Source of the DNA: Chrysomallon squamiferum
Taxonomy: Eukaryota; Animalia; Mollusca
Reading direction: 5' to 3'
Length of the DNA stretch: 64,000 nucleotides
NCBI GenBank assembly: GCA_012295275.1
Contig: CM022672.1
Span: 13,578,001-13,642,000 of the forward strand
Both the position numbers and the translations under genes were made by a program. The number at the start of each line of letters is the position of its first letter. Position 1 is the stretch's first letter. Positions 37,666 through 48,100 of this stretch are shown here, in pieces. The notes under the pieces are model-generated. The model saw nothing but the letters and a program-made list of their open reading frames with translations. It was not told the DNA's origin and did no database searches.

Positions 37666-40544
37666 CTGTATGTTAATAATAATTAATTATCATTAGTTAA
37701 TAAATTAGTTTTAGTCTTCAAAATAATTAAATATATTATAACATGAAAAACAGTGGTGTTAAAATAAACCTAGTTTAGAAAACATACAAGTTTATTTAGT
37801 TGTATTTAATTTGCTAATATCTGTGATTGCACTCTCAAGATATGTCTTATTTTTAAAAGTTAAATCTAGATCTAGACAGTTTGACCTTTTATCATCAAAG
37901 TGTAAGCCATTGCAAAGCTGCAATATGTAACCATAAGGGATTTCATTTTCTTTGAAAATATAAATACAATAAACTGGCCTTATTTGAGGAAACTAAATAA
38001 AGTAGAACATTCCAGTGCCCATGCACCTTTAATAGTCTATTTTGTTATTATCATCCTTCATTTGCTGAAAAGGCTAATTTTTAGTAACAAATAAAACTAT
38101 TAATATTTAGACTATTTTGTCACACCTCTATGGGTAATACTTAACATTTTCCCATCTATTTATTAAGGTAAATTGGAATGAAATCAATTTTAATTATTAT
38201 TATTATTATATTCTTGTTACAGAATTACAAACTGGTAAAATAATGCAGCTGCAGATATAAAGAAAGAAAAATTCTTCTGTTGAAAAAAAATTGCATCATG
38301 CTAGTTACTACATTTTGTAAATAAAACCATTCACATAACAGTGATTGAAGTGTGTGTGTGTGTTTTTATGTGTTTTGTTTACTAATTACAACAAAAAAAA
38401 ATTACTTTTTTATATATATTTAATATATAATATAATATAATATATATATATATATAGAGATTTTAACATTTCTGCTACTTGTTGTTTTACTTTTATCAGA
38501 TAGTTGCTATACAGTATCGATCTTTATCACAGATTTTCAACTAATCAGATGCAGTATCAAAAAACAGCTGATTCTTTATTTTTAAAAAGTAATAATAATA
38601 ATGAACCGAAGTATTTATAAACTGTGGCGTGAGACCAGACAAAAAGGTTAAAAACTACTGTCTGACCTTGTCTGCCCACAGTTATGTACCAGGTGACCTC
38701 ACATCGGCCCATGCGGTGGTGTGATCCTGTGCCAAATACCGTCACAGCCCACCTATCACCTAGTGGGAAATACTGTCTACGTACAATACAAAATGTATCT
38801 CATGCCTATCAGTAAAATATACTGAAATAACATATTACTAGGTATGACAGTACCAGCTATACTTAGTTCTCATATTAACATTATTAGTAAATGCTGATAA
38901 CATACTAATTATATACTGTCTATGTACAATACAAAATGTATCTCATGCCTATCAGTAAAATATACTCAAATAACATATTACTAGGTATGACAGTACCAGC
39001 TATACTTAGTTCTCATATTAACATTATTAGAAAAATTCTGATAACATTATAATAATAATATACTGTCTACATACAATACAAAATATATCTCATGTGTATC
39101 AGTAGGAATGACAGTATCACTTCTACTAAGTTCTCATATTAACATTATTAAATTCTAATAACATTATAATAATAAAATAGTGTCTTCATACAATATAAAA
39201 TCTATCTAACTCATGTCAGTAAAATATACTAAAATAACACTCAGTTCTCACATTAACATTACTAACTTCTAATAACAAGAACACTATAAATTACTATCTG
39301 TGTATAATATAAAATATATTCAATGGAATACATTAAAATAACAGAATAAGCTGTGAGTCTACGACTATCAGTAGTGTTACTAACATTAATCAATTCTAAT
39401 AACAACATAATCTGAGCAGTTTACAAAGTATCTTAATATTAAACAGTTAATCAAGTCGCTGTATGATTTGTAAACTTCGTGAATTTGTAAGTTTATTGTA
39501 ACTGTCTTATATTATGAAGCTGCTGTATGTAATGTGTTTATAATCCATTAATGAAATTTCTCTTCCTACCTCTAATATATTTCCCATTCTATATCTTTTC
39601 TTTTTTTTGCACTTATACCAGTTCCTTTTTTTTTTTTTTAAATGTATAACTATATTATCCTTTTTTCTAATAAATTTCAATTACTTCCATTTGACAAAAA
39701 AAAAGATGGTTATCTATTATGAAAACACAATCGGCCTAACAGACAGATTTAATTTCATGAACTTTTGGTTTATTATTATTAGACTATTTTAAAATATCAC
39801 AAATAGTTTATTTTTTTTATTATTATTGCTGTTGTTGTTTTTATTATGATCATAAATAACACTTGGTATGTTTTTATACTTTCAAACGCACTCAGATTTT
39901 AAAAGTACATTCAAACAGACCCTGTTGTCATTATCCTATCTTTTATCATGTGAACTTTCAAAAGATTATTTTAAACCTCAGTTAGGATATCCTGCTATTT
40001 TACAAGTCAGCAAAAATAATGAATGGATTTTCCATATTTATAACATATAATGTCTTCTTACATATAGGGTTTATGCAATTTAAAATATTAATAATAATAA
40101 TAATAATAATAATTAAATAGTACGTAAATTGCATATAAAGATTCTGGTTTATAAATTTATAAATGTTTCATCATCTGCTATATAATTCATACACAAAACA
40201 TCAACCCTGAAGATGTTATTATTTAATTATTCCTAACACAAATAATTAATATGAGCACTGTATTTTGTTCCACAACTAAAATAAGCAATGAACAATTTAT
40301 GATGTGTTTAGATTCTGCAATGTTTCACTGACATGACATAAAACAAAAAATGGTTGTGGGTCGTAATGTTGGCAGCTTTACTAAAACTAAATGGTACTAA
40401 ATCTAATCACATTAACCAGTATGTCTTGAACCAAAAACTGAGTCATTCTGTACTGTGTTTTAGGTCAAACTGTACCATTTCATAGGTCAAAATGAACCTC
40501 CTTCCAACAATATGTACCATTCACAAATATATTTTAAAATAATG

Positions 40545-40597
<53 letters not shown>

Positions 40598-41613
40598 TAA
40601 TAATAATAATAATAATGAAATGAAATGAAATAAAATAAGAATAAAAATTAAAGACATTCCATAAAAATAAAATATATACCAAAAACCTGACTGCATTTAT
40701 ATTAACTGAATATCAGTGAATCCATATCAATTTAAACAAAATTTGATTAATAACAGATGAGATAACATTGGAAATAGTTGAGGAAACAAGTATAATTCTT
40801 GAATGTGGTTCAAAAATAAATACTCAGGCCAAAATAACATTTTCTGTGCATATTTCAGTATAATCAAGGACACATCTTTCTTGTGTGTATTTTTTTTCAA
40901 TTTTATTTTATATTATTCTGTATTATCTTATTATTCATTTGTTGACATTTTATTTTTGTTATTCTAACTGCTGTTTTATTATTATTATAACAAGCAGAAA
41001 TGAAAAGTCTTAAGTTCTTTCTGTTTCTAATTTTGGAACTGTTCTATCTTGTGTGTGAATAATCTCTCTCTCTGTCCAACAACAACAACAATAATACAGC
41101 ACAGAATATTCAATAACTCAGTTAATTTTAATTAAAACACCATCTACTAATAAATATGTCTTTTTTTTTTTTTTTTTTTTTATGTGTACATTTGTGAGGG
41201 GTATTTGGATATGGTTATTGTCAATGGTATGGGTACAGATATGGATACATATCTGGACTGATTATGGGTATGATTATGGGTATGGTTATGGTAACAGTGA
41301 CAGTACATTACCTGCAAAACGGCACTTTCTTCGAACTCAAAAGCGCTGGGTCTTCCTTCCAGGGTACTGAAAGCCACACTGCCGCCCGTCAGTGGGGAAA
41401 TGTCACTGAATTCGTCCGTACACGTTGCTTTAGCCTCGTTTTCACGTGTGATGTGTTCTCGCCTGGACAAGCCGTACGTCTTTTCGCACGAAGCACTGTA
41501 GAACTGAAATGGTATCCACTCATCGGTGGGGCTTTTTCTCTTGTAAATTGCAAAACTTTCCGGTCTGGGAGAGTGGAATCGTATCCTCACGTAGGTGATA
41601 TCAAATGCTTTTG
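18422..41613 (-). CDS. LAMC1: Laminin subunit gamma (gamma-1/LanB2 type), 5'-partial, 26 exons, about 1477 aa in view
   Basis: Exons join in phase with GT-AG introns. Motifs: [25 protein letters not shown] and [23 protein letters not shown] (LN domain), LE repeats, L4 domain [11 protein letters not shown], nidogen loop [11 protein letters not shown]-terminal [13 protein letters not shown]. Confidence 0.97.
18725..18965. repeat. Degenerate ~45-50 bp tandem repeat in the last gamma intron
   Basis: Recurring ccagaagggtaac...aatttacaaccc. Confidence 0.55.
19021..19120 (-). CDS. LAMC1: Laminin gamma exon (coiled coil), ALDKANEAK...LRLL
   Basis: ttcag acceptor, G|gtaagt donor. Confidence 0.94.
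19280..19390 (-). mobile_element. Decayed SINE-like fragment
   Basis: Reverse strand reads ttatttccagttccaacca...cctgtctatgggaaggtgcttataaagaatattctttgct. Confidence 0.5.
19488..19646 (-). CDS. LAMC1: Laminin gamma exon (coiled coil), EASTIRGE...LAKE
   Basis: aacag acceptor, GAG|gtttgt donor. Confidence 0.94.
19960..20340. repeat. 33 bp minisatellite (cagtaaccatcatggctcatcaattggatcagt), about 11 copies, decaying toward 19790
   Basis: Directly visible. Confidence 0.95.
20404..20615. repeat. 26 bp minisatellite (cattaaccagcgtgggtcagtcacta), about 8 copies
   Basis: Directly visible; ends about 15 nt from the gamma donor at 20629. Confidence 0.95.
20630..20829 (-). CDS. LAMC1: Laminin gamma exon (coiled coil), EFDKLVQES...QASD
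   Basis: cacag acceptor, GAC|gtaagt donor. Confidence 0.95.
21154..21268 (-). CDS. LAMC1: Laminin gamma exon (coiled coil), [13 protein letters not shown]...QTLI
   Basis: tacag acceptor, G|gttcgt donor. Confidence 0.94.
21894..22016 (-). CDS. LAMC1: Laminin gamma exon (coiled coil), ASQIKAEV...KLQQ
   Basis: ttcag acceptor, CAG|gttagt donor. Confidence 0.94.
22756..22930 (-). CDS. LAMC1: Laminin gamma exon (coiled coil), YSDADRLF...IKKE
   Basis: ttcag acceptor, GAG|gtacag donor. Confidence 0.94.
22958..23288. repeat. Compound (CATA)n/(CA)n/(TA)n microsatellite
   Basis: Directly visible. Confidence 0.95.
23352..23489 (-). CDS. LAMC1: Laminin gamma exon (coiled coil), QTEDAKQIE...KLRQ
   Basis: gacag acceptor, GA|gtacgt donor. 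Confidence 0.94.
23870..24179 (-). CDS. LAMC1: Laminin gamma exon (coiled coil), GDGSIGKQ...LEAQ
   Basis: tccag acceptor, AG|gtaagt donor. Confidence 0.95.
24802..24993 (-). CDS. LAMC1: Laminin gamma exon (start of coiled coil), [12 protein letters not shown]...RGAS
   Basis: tctag acceptor, A|gtaagt donor. Confidence 0.95.
24993..25410. repeat. Two ~210 bp tandem copies making up most of one gamma intron, including a duplicate acceptor
   Basis: tctagaaacaccaa...aacttaatctttt starting at 24993 and 25203. Confidence 0.8.
25427..25564 (-). CDS. LAMC1: Laminin gamma exon (last LE), ACNCEPEGS...TAGCI
   Basis: tacag acceptor, G|gttcgt donor. Confidence 0.94.
26087..26239 (-). CDS. LAMC1: Laminin gamma exon (LE), [12 protein letters not shown]...SGCQ
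   Basis: ttcag acceptor, G|gtaact donor. Confidence 0.95.
26795..26938 (-). CDS. LAMC1: Laminin gamma exon (LE), PCNCYPLGT...VSAQ
   Basis: tttag acceptor, G|gtaaaa donor. Confidence 0.95.
27296..27408 (-). CDS. LAMC1: Laminin gamma exon (LE), [17 protein letters not shown]...GQCQ
   Basis: ttcag acceptor, C|gtaagt donor. Confidence 0.95.
27685..27802 (-). CDS. LAMC1: Laminin gamma exon (LE, nidogen-binding NIDPNAV)
   Basis: cgcag acceptor, AC|gtgagt donor, [16 protein letters not shown]. Confidence 0.96.
28417..28602 (-). CDS. LAMC1: Laminin gamma exon (LE), GRCICQHHT...AEGYG
   Basis: cgcag acceptor, G|gtgtgg donor (weak). Confidence 0.92.
28844..29071 (-). CDS. LAMC1: Laminin gamma exon, GVGFIDDV...[19 protein letters not shown]...DGNS
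   Basis: gacag acceptor, G|gtaagt donor. Confidence 0.95.
29713..30015 (-). CDS. LAMC1: Laminin gamma exon (L4), [13 protein letters not shown]...ATYNPQ
   Basis: ttcag acceptor, G|gtaaaa donor. Confidence 0.95.
30357..30479 (-). CDS. LAMC1: Laminin gamma exon (L4), GKQRWTAVD...IYFLAP
   Basis: tgcag acceptor, G|gtaaat donor. Confidence 0.94.
31006..31142 (-). CDS. LAMC1: Laminin gamma exon, [25 protein letters not shown]...DFET
   Basis: AAG acceptor, G|gtacac donor, phase fits both neighbours. Confidence 0.92.
31604..31711 (-). CDS. LAMC1: Laminin gamma exon (LE), PCSCSVAGS...GQNCDT
   Basis: cgtag acceptor, AC|gtaagt donor. Confidence 0.95.
33480..33597 (-). CDS. LAMC1: Laminin gamma exon (LE), GSESQQC...NYGCR
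   Basis: ttcag acceptor, AG|gtgagt donor. Confidence 0.95.
34293..34481 (-). CDS. LAMC1: Laminin gamma exon (LE), [11 protein letters not shown]...CRCNPT
   Basis: ttcag acceptor, G|gtaaac donor. Confidence 0.95.
34444..34800. repeat. Three ~120-130 bp decaying copies of a gamma exon start plus acceptor
   Basis: aaagtaacacttgtcagaaagtcccttacagtcgcaggctgaaataa echoed near 34565 and 34693. Confidence 0.75.
35682..35863. mobile_element. MITE (Tc1/mariner-pogo-like non-autonomous element), 182 bp
   Basis: 27 bp imperfect TIRs CAGTGAAACCTCTCCAAACTGGACACT and CAGTGAAACTCTTCAAAACTGAACACT (22/27 identical); TA on the left flank, TT on the right. Confidence 0.75.
36250..36766. repeat. 31 bp minisatellite (gttatcagacacctgtgtaacattggtaataa), about 15-16 copies, abutting a gamma donor
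   Basis: Directly visible; decays toward about 36090. Confidence 0.95.
36767..36945 (-). CDS. LAMC1: Laminin gamma exon (LE), [10 protein letters not shown]...AHECL
   Basis: tgcag acceptor, G|gtaggt donor. Confidence 0.95.
37341..37471 (-). CDS. LAMC1: Laminin gamma exon (end of LN), DWVTASEIR...AVGAR
   Basis: tag acceptor, AG|gtacgt donor. Confidence 0.95.
38770..39300. repeat. ~140 bp tandem repeat, two near-identical and two decayed copies
   Basis: atactgtctaygtacaatacaaaatgtatctcatgcc... Confidence 0.9.
41312..41613 (-). CDS. LAMC1: Laminin gamma exon (LN domain), KAFDITYV...SAVLQ
   Basis: tttcag acceptor, CAG|gtaatg donor. Confidence 0.95.
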
Positions 41614-42006
41614 CTGAAAAAATGAAATAAAATAAATATTTAAATAAATACGTAATATATTGTTTTATGCATTTCAGAAATAAAATTATTAATATGAGAA
41701 TGAATAAATAATTAATGATAAGGAAGATCTAGATGCTGGCAAGGCTTGTAGAAAACTGGTCAGAAGCACTTTAATAAATTAAATACATGAAATACAATGC
41801 AGCACATACCACATCATTTTTTTTTTATCAGACATTGTTACTGAGATATATATTGACTAAATGTCATGTTTGAGGGTCATATTATTCAGTATTATAATCA
41901 TATTACATTTTATTTAATATTGATGAGTAGGAACCAGTGCTGAGATGGAAAGCATGCACACACAGACAAACACAAACACGCACACATAGACAAACACACA
42001 CAAACA

Positions 42007-42079
<73 letters not shown>

Positions 42080-44491
42080 CGTCTAAATCATTTTTTGCTT
42101 GTCAACGTTTTTTTTGTCCAGTAATCATGAGTAATCACTGTACTGCTGATTCATGGTCTATTCTTATCAGACAGCGGAAATAGATTTATTAAATAGACCT
42201 TCCCACACACTGGAAAGAAAATACATTCACTTTGAAAAAAAAAAAAAAACTATATGTGTGGCATTTGTTGAAAGAGACAACTGAAGCTTTCACTTTGGAG
42301 ACTTGATCTTGTGACCCAGTGAGTCTCGGCTCTCCAAATTAATAGAGACGTAGTCAACAATACCGGAAAAATTAGTCAAGTTCTAAAAGCGTCTCCCCAG
42401 ATAATGTGTAATTACATGTAGACAACATAAATAACAACTGTAATCTGAATCCCTTGCAGTTTTGTTGTCGTGATCTGTAATAAGCTAAAACCATCGTATA
42501 TGTCATCTCATGAAAGATTAGATCTCTGGTACAGTACTTATGATGGCCATGTATTATCCCAGTGAGGCTAATCTTTATAATAACTGATCACTGGTACGAT
42601 ACCACGTTTACTGCACAGGGAGATATATATTCCCCTAAACGGCCATGTCACTGAAATTTAAAATAAACAGAAAATTCTTACTGCCAGAAATGTATTTTAA
42701 TTTGTTAACACCAGTAAACTATAACAGATACCAGTTTTAAAAAAAAGTATAAAAAAAATATGAAGAAAAAATACAATATCTGAATATGAAATTTTATATT
42801 AAAGCACTGAGTTAAAAAATAGTTATCATACTCAGTGGTATATGTTTTCATGTTAATTATTATATATGACAAAAGATAATATATATTACATTAAGACATC
42901 AAGATATTATCATATTCAACTGCATACTGCAAATGTTATATGTGATATATCAAGGTTACCACCATATCCAACGACCTTCTGCATTTATTATTGTATACGA
43001 CACATCAAGATACTATCGTTTCCAGTCAGACGCTGCATATATTATATACAACACACCACGATATTCATACCAACTATAGAATATATATGATACTGTGTAT
43101 GACACACCACCAACATATTACCATATTTATCACTTGTGCCTGCAGTGTCACACAACATAAACAGTGCTTTTCTCTTTTTTTCAAAATAGTCAAGAAATGA
43201 GTAATGAGAAACACAACATCTCTAGTACCATTCATGGTTTCCACGGATGAATCATGGAATTTTTTTAATGCTTTTTCTCATGTCTGGTCACAACAACCTT
43301 TCTAAATCACAGGAAAATGTGTGTTTGTAAAAATGTTTAAAAACAGGATCTTCTTCTTTTATAAACACTCTTGCAAGAAAAATATACATCCCTGCATGCG
43401 TCTTGTACTTTCTTAGAAAAAAATTGTTTTTTTAATGTAGGATAGAGATAGAATGAAAATCAGTAAGAGGAAGAAGGGGAGAAAGATACATCTCTATCTA
43501 TCTATCTATCTATCTATCTATATATATATATTACCTGTAAAATGGCACTTGTCTTTGTATTTGTGTATGTATGAGAGAGAGAAAGAGAGAGACAATAGAA
43601 AAACATGAAATATCAGAAAAGTTCTGTTATATTTTGATGTTGTATATAATTTGAATAAATATGCATGCGACATGTGTATGTAATCTACACGTAATTAAAG
43701 ATTGGTCTGTTTAGATACAAAATTAATAAACACATTTTTGTGCAGGCATGTTCATCACATAACTTAAAAAAACAAATATTCAGTTATCAAAATAATAATA
43801 AAAAATTACAATGGCTTTATTACATGTCATATTTAATGAATATCATAACTGTACAAGTTTCTAGAAACTGTAAGTATTGTCTTTAATGAGAAACTAACAG
43901 TAAAAACGGGACCACGTTGATTTTTTTTTTATCGGTTAGGTTTTTTAAGGTCACAGACCTTCCATCACCTCAAGCAAACTAGAAGACTGAAAAGCTCATT
44001 ACATTCAAATCTCCCATTTTATGATTAATTTTTAAACTTCACTCAAGCAGTGTTAAAGACACTAAGTCCATAAAACTGCACACAATATCTTGAGTAACAA
44101 ACACAAATACACTAAATCTCTGTGTAAGAGAACAATGGCAAGAACTGAGTCTGTAACGTTTGCTGTTTAAACAGCAGGATCAAATGAATGCTGCTAAATA
44201 AATGTGCTCGGGGGCAGATTTAACCAAGTAATAAATTCTACTCCAGATGCAATCAAGTAGAAAATTGCCACAATTCAAAGCAGTACTGTACTGAATGCTC
44301 GTTTTTCTTAAGTCAGGTTTTTTTTTTCTTCTTCTTTCAAAAGACAAGCTTTTGTGAAGATCAGAATGTATTGACATTGTTGAATCCTCGTATGTTGTTG
44401 TTATTATTATTTTTTTTAAAGATGTGTTTTATAATTTTATGCTTCATCTGCTGTCCATGTGACTGCTTTATTAATGGTTGTTGTGCATGTA

Positions 44492-44540
<49 letters not shown>

Positions 44541-44703
44541 AAGAAAGATCAACAATTTTATCATTTTAAAACTCAGTCAAATGTTGCTTTTATTGAAAGC
44601 ATTTAAATAAATTTATTGTCATATTGTGAAAACATGTTTTATAAATTTCTGTTCCTGTCATTACCCTGGTATGTACGCTTATGTGTGTATGTGTATATAT
44701 GTA

Positions 44704-44846
<143 letters not shown>

Positions 44847-46518
44847 TAATAATAATTTAAAATAATAATAATAAATAATAAATAAATAAATAATAGAGGA
44901 AAAAGAACGAAGTGATCTATTTAATGATGCACACATTTTACTAACTGTTACATGACATCTAAAATTTAATAATAATAATAATAATAATAATTTTAAAAAA
45001 TTATAATACAGCAGTATTGAGCATTTAAATTCAAGTGAAATGTAATATGTATTTAATTCATTTAAATGAATTTATATATCTATTATTAAAATTACAAATA
45101 TTAGTAACTAAATTCCTAATTGAATTCCATTCACTTTTCAGTATACTTAAGGAAGGTAATTACAAACATGAAAAGGAGATCAGAAAACCAAAGGTTTTGT
45201 ATGTATAATCCAGTGTGTTATACAAACAGTTAAATACCCAGTGATCAGTGATTAAGTGATCAGTATATATATATATATATATATACATATTTCTCTTTTA
45301 TGTAAATATGCTTAGCTTATGATTTTATTGGATTAAAACCATGGTTTGTGAGTCTAAAACAGGAAACAGAGAAGGAATTGATATATAATTATTTTCTCCA
45401 TTACCTCTGAATTTAACTTCAAAATATAAAAATTTGGGTAATACCAAACAAAACATAAATATAAAAAACAACAACATAAGAAAACAAAATCCTAGCATAA
45501 GAAACCATTAACAGATACGAAAACCAACAATAACAAACAAAAAAAAGCCTAACGAAAACAAGCACGAAGCCTAAGAAAACAAACATCAAACAAGTAATAA
45601 CAAACACTAAACTAATAAAAAAAAAAAAAATGAACACGAGCCATTAGAGACAGGTAAATGTGTTTCTATTAAAGCAGTGTCCTGTGACAAGACAATGCTA
45701 AATAAAACATGATTTTGAACAAAAGCTCCTGTCAGCTTTCCACGGACGTCCATTTGTTCATGTTCCAGGAGCCTTCGGGCATCAGTTTGTTTCTACCTGG
45801 AATTTTTATATGTTTTTTTTTCCTCGAGATTTACGAGACTGCTAAATGGACATTATACTGCTCTCGACAAAGAAAGAATGACAAGTTTGTGAAAAAGACA
45901 ACAAGACTGAAACACATAAAATGAGATAATAAGAAATAACATCTGATTCTCTTTGTAGCTAGAGGTTAGTGGTTAGAGTACCAGTCTGAAATGTGTGGGT
46001 GTCTGTCTGTTGTCTCTCTGTGTGTCTGTGTGTGTGCATGTATGCACATGTATGCATGCATGCATGTAAAAGATGAAATATTGTTAACCTGTGGATAGAT
46101 TACAGGTCTGAGGTGTTGTTGGTCATAAAGCTATTCTCCATCAATCCCTCTGTTCAGTTATTTCAGCAAGTGATTTATCAAAGGCATATTTTTTTTTTTT
46201 TTAATAACCTCCTTTTCTTTCTTTTTCTCTCTTTCTGAGAACATGTATATAAAAGATGATGAGTTTCTAATTAAAGATACAGGCATGACTAGTCATAAAA
46301 TCAGTTTTCAATCAGTGACTCCTTTGAGTTATTTCATATTCACAGCCATTGCACCCCAAATTATATATCAAAGTATTTTCTTGTTTTTATCTGTTTATAA
46401 GGAAGTATAGATAAAATATGATATAAAAGTGATAACCATTAGAGTTAGAGAGTACAAGGCAAATTAGGATTGCTCATATAATCAATCACTTCCCCTAGGA
46501 CATCGTTAGTGCCTTAGT

Positions 46519-46670
46519 TTGGGTTATTTTCATATTCCAGTCATAGCTCCCATGACTATTTTATCAATCTGTTTTTTTTCCTATCTATGAAAAGGTGTAC
46601 ATAAAAGAAGACATACTGCTAACTGATAAGAGTAGCCCTTGAAATCATGATACAGAGTCTCCTTTCTGAT
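46519..46670 (+). mobile_element. Decayed SINE-like interspersed repeat
   Basis: Colinear with 58674-58900, 48120-48180 and, in reverse, 19280-19390. Confidence 0.6.
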
Positions 46671-47599
46671 GTCATGATTATAAAGAAATTCAAAATAGAC
46701 ATTTTAGGTGCATTCACTGTATTATATTTTCTTACTGAATGAAACCACACAACAAAATCATTCAGTTTTCTTTTCAACTTTCTTATCAGTCTAAACATCA
46801 GCATAAAAATAGATTTTGTTTTCTTCTGTCAAAAGTTCCTGATCCTGTTTTAAACTGAATACACTTCAACTCGACTTGTTAACAAAAGAAAGCAGGTAAC
46901 AAAGATAGATACAGGAATTTGGAGAAGAAAAAGGTTGTGCCATCATTTATGAAGGACATACCTTTCAAAATGAAATGAATTTCATTATAAAGAAAACCAA
47001 AAATGAAATGGTCAAAAAAAAAAAAAAAAAAAAAAAAATAAGGGGGAGTCATCACATGCTGAGTGTAAGTATAAGATGGACAATGTGGATGAAAGGTCAG
47101 TCTGAGGACCTTTTTAGTTTAGAACACGAACATGAACCGAACTGGCCACTGTCCACACCTAGATTCATGGATTCAAGCCAAGTGCCCACTGTCCACACTT
47201 GAAATGCAAACTCTTTACACTGTAGATGGCTTGTGACTATCAAATTGTGAAAGTTCACAGACAGGTCAGAAAGTAATTGCTTGTATTCTGTTGCAAACTG
47301 AAGATGTCTACAAAAGCATGAAACCTGGATTAGGATTAGAATGTGAAAAGAACTTGATTAAATCTGGATATCCGTCAGAAGCATGTTGAACATACAAAAT
47401 ATACAGTATGCAATATAACATAAACATACTGTTGTAGTAATATATATAGATAACACATGTACAGAAGCATGTTACCCAAAAAGACAAACAGATGGCATTA
47501 TTATATGGACACATTATTTTTATTAATTCATGCATCCACTATTTTGAAATCCAATAAATTCTTAATATATACCCTTTTCTTTTTTTTTTTTTTTACTCT

Positions 47600-48100
47600 G
47601 AGATTTTGATGTTATAGTTGGGAGTAATTTGTTTTATATAAATATTGTACAATTACATAGATTATAAGCATTTTAAAATAATGAGAACTACTGATCTATG
47701 TTGTTCTTGGTTTTGTTTTTAATACAAAAAAAAAAAAAAGTTCATTTTATTGTCACTTGTTCACTTGCTCTCTCTCTCCCTTTCTCTTTCTCAACATACT
47801 GTTTATTATTACTAATACTAGTTCTAATACTTGTAAACATATTTCTATTAAAGGAGATTTTGATGTTATAGTTGGGAGTAATTTGTTTTATATAAATATT
47901 GTACAATTACATAGATTATAAGCATTTTAAAATAATGAGAACTGATCTGTGTTGTTCTTGGTTTTGTTTTTAATATAAAAAAAACCATTCATTTTATTGT
48001 CACTTGCTCACTCGCTCTCTCTCTCCCTTTCTCTTTCTCAACATACTGTTTATTATTACTAATACTAGTTCTAATACTTGTAAACATATTTCTGTTAAAG
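47600..48100. repeat. ~254 bp near-perfect tandem duplication
   Basis: gagattttgatgttatagttgggag at 47600 and 47854. Confidence 0.93.

Noticed and set aside
45950-46005. tRNA-like start (gtagctagaggttagtggttagag)
   Set aside because: No B box or cloverleaf; at most a decayed SINE head.
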